Assembly (NCBI GenBank): GCA_965215005.1 | Contig: CBDCCZ010000004.1 | Span: 160,001-224,000, forward strand | Source of the DNA: Kofleriaceae bacterium | GTDB taxonomy: Bacteria > Myxococcota_A > Polyangia > Haliangiales > Haliangiaceae | Reading direction: 5' to 3' | Length of the DNA stretch: 64,000 nt | Shown here: piece after piece, positions 55,256 to 62,188 of the stretch | How positions within the stretch are numbered: the first letter of the stretch is position 1 | Layout of the letters: each line of letters begins with the position of its first letter | Made by a program: the position numbers and the translations under genes | Notes under the pieces: model-generated | What the model was told of the DNA's origin: nothing | Seen by the model: only the letters and a program-made list of their open reading frames with translations | The model's database searches: none

Positions 55256-55267
55256 AGGTTCACTGTA

Positions 55268-55720
55268 ATGGGCATAGGCCGGTTGTCATATGGCTTCCGC
55301 GGCGGCTTGCTCGCCTTGGCAGGACTCATCGCCGCATGCGGCGCTGCTCCCGCGGCACCTGCTGCGGGCACCGACCGACTGCCCTCGCTCGTCGCTCCGG
55401 CAATGGAAGCTCGGGCCAGCGATTTTGCCGGCAGCTGTGCGTGGGGGCGAGGCCCAGGTAGCGCGGATGACTATCGGAGTCAGGTGCGCGTGCGCGTTCC
55501 GTCTGCGCCGGTGTTTGCCACGCCGCGTCTCGGCGGCTGGAATGAGCAACCGATCGGGCTTGTGCGCCGCGGCGCCACCCTATGGGCGAGCGGTCCTCTG
55601 CAACATGGCCGCTACGACTTTGGCCTCGCGTTCGCCATCTTGGTGCGCGGCGTTCACGGGCGAGTATGCCGCGGCTACGTGCGCGCAGCGGAGGTCGAGG
55701 TGCAACTTCAAGCTCGATGA
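55268..55720 (+). CDS. Hypothetical lipoprotein
   Basis: Lipobox IAAC; C-terminal CRGYV. Confidence 0.5.
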   Translation: MGIGRLSYGFRGGLLALAGLIAACGAAPAAPAAGTDRLPSLVAPAMEARASDFAGSCAWGRGPGSADDYRSQVRVRVPSAPVFATPRLGGWNEQPIGLVRRGATLWASGPLQHGRYDFGLAFAILVRGVHGRVCRGYVRAAEVEVQLQAR

Positions 55721-55729
55721 CGCTGGAGC

Positions 55730-56086
55730 TCAGTCCTCGAGCTTGGAGTACTTGATCGCGCGGCCGCGAACGCGGTCGGCAGGATATTTGGCCGCGTTCT
55801 TGGCCATCTTATCGTGCACCGCCTGCTCGAGGTCCACATCGAGCACGTCGGCAAGGCGCAGCACGTAAACCAGGACATCGGCGAGCTCATCGCGGATCGC
55901 TTCGGCCGTGGATGCATCGCTCATCACCGCCTGCGAAGCCGCTGGCTCGAGCCACTGAAAGTGCTCGATGAGCTCGCCGACCTCGCCGGACAGCGCCATC
56001 ACGAGGTTCTTGGGGGTGTGGAAGCGCTGCCACTGCCGGTCGGCGACGAAGCGGCGGATCAGCTGCTGCAACTCATCTACGTTCAT
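55730..56086 (-). CDS. MazG-like (dCTP pyrophosphatase type) nucleotide pyrophosphohydrolase
   Basis: RQWQRFHTPKNLVMALSGEVGEL, ELADV, KMAKNAAKYP. Confidence 0.93.
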   Translation of the reverse strand: MNVDELQQLIRRFVADRQWQRFHTPKNLVMALSGEVGELIEHFQWLEPAASQAVMSDASTAEAIRDELADVLVYVLRLADVLDVDLEQAVHDKMAKNAAKYPADRVRGRAIKYSKLED

Positions 56087-56138
56087 GCGGCTCCGAGGCT
56101 GGCGCGGCGGAGCCGAGACGGTAAGCTCGCCAGCAGCC

Positions 56139-56645
56139 ATGCGCAACCTCTCCTCCGCGGACGGTCTTCGAGGCGCGTGCCTCGTGCTCTTTGCCTTCGT
56201 GTTGCTAGGCTGCTCCGCCGGCGGCAACCGCGCCGGCGAGCGGGTCAAACAGCCAGCAGCCCCGCCGACGGCAGCTGCGCCCACGGCAGGCAGCGCAGAC
56301 GCCGTCGGCGGGGCGCGTTTACCAACCGGCGGCGTCGCCTGCACTGACCCCTCTTGCGTCTATCACGCTGGCGCTGGCGCCTACTTCACGTGCCTAAGCT
56401 TTGGCGACGGCTCGTGCTTTCACTATGGCCGCGCGTGTGCACCGCAAGACAGCTGCATGCTCGAGCAAGCCAGCGGTCGATATCGGCAATGCACGGAGCT
56501 CCAAGAGAGTCGCTGCGCGCGCTTCGGCGAGGTCTGCGAGCCTGCCAAGCGCTGTTATTACAACAGCGCCGACCGTCGCCACCACGTCTGCGAGGAAGCG
56601 CGCGACGGCGCGTGCATCCGCTACGGCGCCGCCTGCGAGCCCTGA
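56139..56645 (+). CDS. Lipoprotein with three tandem 33-aa four-Cys repeats
   Basis: Lipobox LLGC; C-x11-C-x7-C-x6-C repeated three times. Confidence 0.75.
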   Translation: MRNLSSADGLRGACLVLFAFVLLGCSAGGNRAGERVKQPAAPPTAAAPTAGSADAVGGARLPTGGVACTDPSCVYHAGAGAYFTCLSFGDGSCFHYGRACAPQDSCMLEQASGRYRQCTELQESRCARFGEVCEPAKRCYYNSADRRHHVCEEARDGACIRYGAACEP

Positions 56646-56655
56646 GCTCCTCGCC

Positions 56656-57142
56656 TTCACTCGCCAAGGAAGACCGTAGAAGGCAACACCGGATAGCAAC
56701 GCGCAGTTCGAGCACTTCAACGACAAGGCTCGGGACTGAATTCGACGCCAAGAAGAAGGAGCTGCTCGGCAACTTCAAAAACGGGGGCGCGAGTGGCAGC
56801 CGCGAGGCGAGCCCGAACTGGTGGACACTCATGACTTCCCGTCCGACGCTATCGGCAAGGCGATTCCGTACGGCATCTACGACATTGGTGGCAACGACGG
56901 ATTGGTGAGCGTTGGCGTCGACCATGACACGCCGATGTTCGCGTCACCTCGATTGCGGCGTGGGGAACAAGTTGGCGTCAGGTGATGCCCCCAACGCACA
57001 GGAGATCCTCATCACCGCTGATGCGGGCGGCAGCAACAGCTATCGCTCACCTGTTTGGAAGCAGCAGCTCCAACGCCTCGCGGATACGCTCTACCTCGCG
57101 ATAGACACAAGTCACTTCCCGCCGGGGAACAGCAAGTGGAAC
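56656..57142 (+). pseudogene. Decayed ISAzo13-family (Rhodopirellula DDE) transposase fragment
   Basis: Across frames: RKTVEG..D.NAQFEH; DAKKKELLGNFKNGG; HDFPS..GKAIPYGIYDI..VSVGVDHDT; ILITADAGGSN..WK..LQ..HFPPGNSKWN; frameshifts, deletion and truncation. Confidence 0.88.
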
Positions 57143-57206
57143 AACTGGGCGCCGGCTGCGACGGGCAAGATGTCAGACGATCGTGCTAATTTTCTGCCGA
57201 TTCAAG

Positions 57207-57866
57207 ATGACGGGCACGAAGATCAGAAGGAAGACTCGGAAAAAGCGACACCGGCAGGAAGCGTTCGTGTTTCGCACCTGGGGCGGCAAGCGGGAGGGTG
57301 CTGGGCGCAAGCCGACGGGCAAGCGCGCCGGGGTGTCTCACGCGCCGCGTGCGCGCATCCGCCGCACCACGCCGGTGCACGTCACGCTTCGCATGGCGCC
57401 GCATGTCTACAATCTGCGCAGCAGGCGGTCGTTCCGGGTCATACAGCAGGCCCTGCTTGCCGCTAGCAATCACCTGGGCACCAAGATTCTCGAGTTCTCG
57501 GTGCAGGGCAATCACGTGCATCTGCTCGCCGAGACGCGGGACGATGGCGCGCTCTCTCGCGCGATGAAGGGCCTGTCGGTGCGGCTCGCCCGCGGCCTCA
57601 ACAAGATGATGGGCAAGCGCGGCCCGGTACTCGGCGACCGCTACCACGCTCACGTGCTGCGAACGCCCACCGAGGTGGTGCGCGTCCGCGAGTACATCAA
57701 GCGCAACTACCGCAAGCACGCCGCCGAGCGCGGACACAAGCTACCCTCGGGCTTCGTCGATCCATATTCGTCGTCGGCGCGCGGACTGCGACGCAAGCTC
57801 GGGCTACCGGCGGCTGGCTGGCTCGCGAGCCACGGCGCCCCCGCCATGGAAGAAGACACGACGTAA
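57207..57866 (+). mobile_element. REP-associated tyrosine transposase (RAYT; Y1 HUH)
   Basis: PVHVTLR, FSVQGNHVHLLAE (HUH), DRYH, YIKRN (catalytic Tyr); N-terminal WGGKREGAGRKP. Confidence 0.85.
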
Positions 57867-57932
57867 CTCGATTTGCAGTCGCATCAGGAGCTGTTCGACG
57901 ACACCACCGGCACGTCTGGCGAACATGCCGAG

Positions 57933-58400
57933 CAAGGCTCGCTCGCGCTCGTGCGGCCGACTGAAGGCACGCTCGGCGCCGTGCGGCGGCGAAGGCGCGC
58001 TCGCGCGGCGTACGTCCTCGAAGGCGCAAACATCCGCGAAGGCGGGCTCGTGCGCGTGCAGCCAATCGGAAGCGCTCCTGCGGCGTGACAGCCGCACCGC
58101 AGGAGCGCTCCTGCGGTGTGCGGGCGACTGAGTGCGTGCTCCCGCGCCGGGCGGCTGACCGACCTCGCGCTCCCGCGTCGCTTGGGTTCGGCCGACCGAA
58201 GGCGGGCTCGTGCGCGTGCAGCCGACCGCAGGCACGTTCCCAAAGCCGCTCGTGGCTAGTATGACCGACTGACGGCGCGTACATGCGCGAAGACGCGCTC
58301 CTGCCCGTGGTGCAGCCGACCGGAGGCGAGCGCCGCCCCGAATGCGCGCGCCTACGCCGCAGCCGCCGTAGGCGCGTACACTCACCAATGCACGCTCCTG
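57933..58400. repeat. Degenerate array of ~16 units (18-43 nt; consensus about GAAGGCGCGCTCCTGCGCGTGCAGCCGACC) with palindromes
   Basis: 26-nt exact duplicate at 58038 and 58198; 24-bp perfect palindrome at 58095-58118; 10-bp stem at 58347-58376. Confidence 0.7.
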
Positions 58401-58463
58401 AGCCCACCAGCGTCATCCATGCTGCGCACTGGTCGACCGACCAACTTTCTAATTTCTAGAACC

Positions 58464-59453
58464 CTACGGATTGCCCATCTCGATGCTCATTTGCATCTCG
58501 GTGTTCACCAGCTGCTCTTGCCCTTGCGCGCTCACCTTCATCGTGTAGGCGCTGGTGAGCTGCATCTTCGACTCGGGCGCTAGCTCATCGAGATTCAACT
58601 TCACAGTACCTTTGCCCTTCGACTCGAGCGACACCAGCTCGGCGGCGGCGCCGGTCGGCATTCCCGGCAGCGCAACCTTTTGCGGCTCGGCACTTTGCTC
58701 CATCACGACCGCTAACGTGCCTTCGTCGCCGTGCAGCTCGACCAGCTCGTAGGTCAACGCCTGGTCGATCTTCATCGCGTTCTGCTCGACGGTTTGCGAG
58801 ACCTTCCAACGCGCGCCTACGCCCACCGGCTCTTCCGGAAGAGGCGAGGCGAGTTGATCCATCCCCTGCATCGATGACTCCATCATCGAGCGCGTCTCCG
58901 CCGAAAGGCCGGGAGGCATTTCCATGGTCATCTCGCGATTGAATCCGCGCGAATCGACCACGACGGTGCCCTTCATGCCGTGCGCTTGCTCGAGTGCTTG
59001 CCTGGTCATGGTCACCACCTGCTCTTGCACGCCTTCCTTGGCTTCGACCTTCGAGCCGGTGAGCTCGAAGCTATAACGCGCCGCGTCCTCGCCGATCTTC
59101 TCCAGCAGCTGGATGTCCATGAGCAGGGTCATGGTGGGCAGCGCCATCGGCGTGCCCATCGCGGTAACCGAGGTGTTCATGGTGAGAAACATCCGTTCTT
59201 GAGCGTCGGCGGGGAGCTTGTAGCGCAGCTTGACGCGCGGCTCGGCGCCTGCTGAGAGCAGCTCGATCCGCGGCGGCTCGCCTTTGCGGGCCTCCTTCGG
59301 CGCCTCCGCTGGTGCTTCCGCGGTCTCGACAGCGGGCTCGGTGGTTGGCTCGTCGCCTGCGGCGGGCTCTGGCGCGTCTTTCTTGCAACCGACCGCCACC
59401 GCCATCACGGCGGCGAGCATCAGCGACCATAGGATTCGATATGGGGGGTGCAT
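58464..59453 (-). CDS. Hypothetical lipoprotein (beta-rich; possibly DUF6263-like)
   Basis: Lipobox AVGC-KK; ELLSAGAEPR..LRY; PLPEEPVGVGARW; TATCAT 7 nt before the ATG at 59453. Confidence 0.78.
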   Translation of the reverse strand: MHPPYRILWSLMLAAVMAVAVGCKKDAPEPAAGDEPTTEPAVETAEAPAEAPKEARKGEPPRIELLSAGAEPRVKLRYKLPADAQERMFLTMNTSVTAMGTPMALPTMTLLMDIQLLEKIGEDAARYSFELTGSKVEAKEGVQEQVVTMTRQALEQAHGMKGTVVVDSRGFNREMTMEMPPGLSAETRSMMESSMQGMDQLASPLPEEPVGVGARWKVSQTVEQNAMKIDQALTYELVELHGDEGTLAVVMEQSAEPQKVALPGMPTGAAAELVSLESKGKGTVKLNLDELAPESKMQLTSAYTMKVSAQGQEQLVNTEMQMSIEMGNP

Positions 59454-59528
59454 GCGGCGGATGATACGCCGGGGGTGGGCTCTGGAGTGGTCGCTGCAAC
59501 CTGTTGAAACCACTAGGCGGCGGCGAAA

Positions 59529-59585
59529 TTGGAAACGATTTTCAACTTTGCTCTTGCTCCCGCTCGAATTGAATATTAATTTCAA
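59529..59585. promoter_or_regulatory. Two 17-bp Fur-like boxes upstream of bfd-bfr
   Basis: TTGGAAACGATTTTCAA (59529-59545) and TTGAATATTAATTTCAA (59569-59585): AT-rich palindromes in GC-rich DNA next to iron-storage genes. Confidence 0.75.
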
Positions 59586-59592
59586 ATTCACG

Positions 59593-59844
59593 ATGATCGT
59601 GTGCCTCTGCAAAGCCGTCACCGAGTGCGACATCGCCTCCGCCGTCGATGACGGCGCTCGTTCTGTGCAAGAGGTGGCCCGCGCCTGCAACGGCGCTGGC
59701 ACCGACTGCGGAACCTGTAGCGAGTTCATCGCCGAGTTGATCATCGACCTTGCTGGCGACGTAAATGACTCGGCTGACCTCGATCGCGCGTCCAACGGTC
59801 TGATACCGTGCGAGCGACTCACGCAATCGAGAGAAGCGGCATGA
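59593..59844 (+). CDS. bfd: Bacterioferritin-associated ferredoxin
   Basis: MIVCLCKAV...[12 protein letters not shown] overlap with bfr. Confidence 0.92.
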   Translation: MIVCLCKAVTECDIASAVDDGARSVQEVARACNGAGTDCGTCSEFIAELIIDLAGDVNDSADLDRASNGLIPCERLTQSREAA

Positions 59845-60314
59845 AGGGCAACGACAAAATAATCGCGCTTTTGAACGAGCTCCTTACCAACGAGCTCACG
59901 GCCATCAACCAGTACTTCATCCACGCGAAGATGTGCCGGAACTGGGGTCTTGAGAGTCTCGCCAAGAAGGTCTGGGACGAATCGATCGATGAGATGAAGC
60001 ACGCAGACCGCGTCATCGATCGAATCCTCTACTTCGATGGGGTTCCCAACCTGCAGAAGCTGCACAAGCTCACTGTCGGGCAGACCGTAGGCGAGCAGTT
60101 CAGCCTCGACCTCGCGATGGAAAAGAAGAACATCGCGTTTCTCAACGAGAACATCGAAGTCTGCCGCAGCGCCGGAGATCATGGCTCGATGGAGCTCATG
60201 CTCCACATCCTCGAGGCCGAGGAAGAGCACGCTGAGTGGCTGGAAACACAGCTCTCGCTGATCGAGCGCGTCGGCGAAGCGCACTACATGGCTCAGCAGA
60301 TCCGGCCGAGCTGA
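59841..60314 (+). CDS. bfr: Bacterioferritin
   Basis: [41 protein letters not shown]. Confidence 0.98.
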   Translation: MKGNDKIIALLNELLTNELTAINQYFIHAKMCRNWGLESLAKKVWDESIDEMKHADRVIDRILYFDGVPNLQKLHKLTVGQTVGEQFSLDLAMEKKNIAFLNENIEVCRSAGDHGSMELMLHILEAEEEHAEWLETQLSLIERVGEAHYMAQQIRPS

Positions 60315-60444
60315 TCCCTCCGCGGCATGGTAGCTGTCGCGGCCGAGCCCACGATAGCTGCCGAGAAGGTTCCCGTGTGCCGCCGCGATCTTGGCACTGC
60401 CGGGTCGCCGCGGCGTGGCCGCTAAGGCCTCTGCGCTGCACGGC

Positions 60445-60556
60445 CAGTGAAGGCGGCGATCGTCGTGTAGTGAAGGCGGCGATCGTCGTGCAGTGAAGGC
60501 GGCGATCGTCGTGCAGTGAAGGCGGCGATCGTCGTGCAGTGAAGGCGGCGTTCGTC
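60445..60556. repeat. Intergenic 23-bp tandem repeat, about 4.9 copies
   Basis: CAGTGAAGGCGGCGATCGTCGTG starting at 60445, 60468 (C>T), 60491, 60514 and 60537 (partial). Confidence 0.95.
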
Positions 60557-60592
60557 ATTTCGCGGCCGGTCGCATGCTGCTACACCCACGGG

Positions 60593-61459
60593 GTGAACCG
60601 CTGCAGCGTTTTTTGCCTCGTGGGTGTCGCGTCGGCCTGTGCGACCGACACCCGCGTCGATACCATCGTCTACGACGCGCGCTTCGACACTGGCGCGATG
60701 GATCTGCACGCACCCGCCGAAGCTGCCTCTACAGCGCGCCCGGCGATCCTGCTGATCCACGGCGGGGGCTGGTTTTTTGGCAACCGCAGCGAGATGACGG
60801 CGGCGGCGGAACGTTTCGCGAGCGCCGGCTACGTGGTGGCCAATATCGATTATCGGTTGGTTCCCGAGGGGCGATTTCCCGCGGCGGTGCAAGACGTGTT
60901 TTGCGCGCTGGCGTATCTGCGCGCCCACGCCGACGAGCTAATGATCGACCCGTCGCGCATTGCCGCCATCGGCTACTCGGCCGGCGCGCATCTAGCGGCA
61001 ATGACCGGCGTCGCCGCCGAGGACCCAGAGCTGCAAGACGAGGCGTGCCCGTGGGGCAGGACTGAACGAGTTGCCGCCGTCGTCAGCGGCGCCGGCGCGA
61101 TGCAGCTCGCAGTGTTGCGCGATGTCACTGCGCGTGAGTTTCTCGGCGTGTCGTACGACGAAGATCCGGGGCGGTGGAGTCAAGCCTCGCCGATCTCGCA
61201 CGTTGGTGAGAGCGAGCCGCCATTTCTATTCGTTCATGCCGAGCACGACTTGGTCGTCGATCTCAACCAATCGGAGGCGATGCAAGGAGCGCTCGAGGCC
61301 GCGGGCAATCAAGCGTGGCTGCTCAGGCTCGAAGGTGGCGGGCACGTCTTAAGCGACGGCGGCGGGCTCGGATACGAGCAGCTCGAGTTCGCGCTCTACA
61401 CCCTCGAAGGGTGGCTCGCGAGCATGGATTTTCTCGCCCAAACGGTGGGGCGACCATGA
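60593..61459 (+). CDS. HSL-family alpha/beta hydrolase (esterase), probable lipoprotein
   Basis: VASAC; IHGGGW; DYRL; GYSAG; HDLVV; GGH. Confidence 0.9.
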   Translation: MNRCSVFCLVGVASACATDTRVDTIVYDARFDTGAMDLHAPAEAASTARPAILLIHGGGWFFGNRSEMTAAAERFASAGYVVANIDYRLVPEGRFPAAVQDVFCALAYLRAHADELMIDPSRIAAIGYSAGAHLAAMTGVAAEDPELQDEACPWGRTERVAAVVSGAGAMQLAVLRDVTAREFLGVSYDEDPGRWSQASPISHVGESEPPFLFVHAEHDLVVDLNQSEAMQGALEAAGNQAWLLRLEGGGHVLSDGGGLGYEQLEFALYTLEGWLASMDFLAQTVGRP

Positions 61460-62178
61460 TCTGGCGGGTCGTGCTGCTGCTCGTGGTTCACGGCCTGGGT
61501 CGTGAGCCACAAGTAAAACAACAATCGCTACGGGAGACGCCGAAGTGGGCCCCCGAGCAGCGGCAAAACGCGCGCGGCGTCGCATCAGCCGAGTCGGCAA
61601 CGGCAACGCCGGCTGAGCAGTGGCCCGAGCTGCCATGGCCTGCGGCGGTCGCGCCGGTAGCACCGGCTACAGCGGCCACTGCCTCCACCGCAGAAGCCAT
61701 ACCGGAGCGAACCAAGCCGCCGACGGAGGTGCCGCCGCTGGTGATTTCGCTGCCGCTCGGCGCGCTGTCTTGGCGAGCCATCGCGCTGCAGCTCGAGCGC
61801 GGTGTTCGCCCGGCCACCAGCGCGATCGCTACCCTCGGCTATCGCGATGGTGCCGGGGGTGACTACGACTCGGTGACGTACGCTATCGGCGCGGAGCTGC
61901 GCTTTTGGCATCGGCCAAGTGCTCGAGGCTGGTTTCTTGGCCCCCGCGTCGAGCTCACGAACGTGCAGCTGCGCATGAGTATGTCCGGGCGTGGGCTCGG
62001 CAGCGTGTGGCGTGTCAGTGAAGGCGTGGTCGGCGGGTATCGCTTCTTAGTCGGTGCTCACCTCGAGCTGACCTCGAGCGTGGGTATTGCGCTGCGCCAC
62101 GATCTGCCGCATAGCGGGCTCGCGGCGGCCGCCAAGCTCACCCCGTTGCTTGGCGGCACGATTGGCTGGAGGTTTTGA
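61456..62178 (+). CDS. Small outer-membrane beta-barrel protein (DUF3575-like)
   Basis: ATGA overlap; GAELRFW, GWFLGPR, GGYRF; C-terminal IGWRF. Confidence 0.65.
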   Translation: MIWRVVLLLVVHGLGREPQVKQQSLRETPKWAPEQRQNARGVASAESATATPAEQWPELPWPAAVAPVAPATAATASTAEAIPERTKPPTEVPPLVISLPLGALSWRAIALQLERGVRPATSAIATLGYRDGAGGDYDSVTYAIGAELRFWHRPSARGWFLGPRVELTNVQLRMSMSGRGLGSVWRVSEGVVGGYRFLVGAHLELTSSVGIALRHDLPHSGLAAAAKLTPLLGGTIGWRF

Positions 62179-62188
62179 TCAACGCTGA

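Noticed and set aside
55730..56086. MazG-like gene as part of an anti-phage system
   Set aside because: It looks like the housekeeping dCTP-pyrophosphatase type, and no defence partner genes are adjacent
57933..58400. Possible degenerate CRISPR array
   Set aside because: No constant-repeat/unique-spacer alternation; whole units are similar to each other and vary in length
59454..60284. N-terminal 277 aa of the 606-aa ORF 58464..60284
   Set aside because: Antisense to bfd-bfr and runs across the Fur-like boxes; the lipoprotein signal starts at 59453
60445..60556. Possible CRISPR array
   Set aside because: The units are head-to-tail with no spacers, and there are no cas genes in the window
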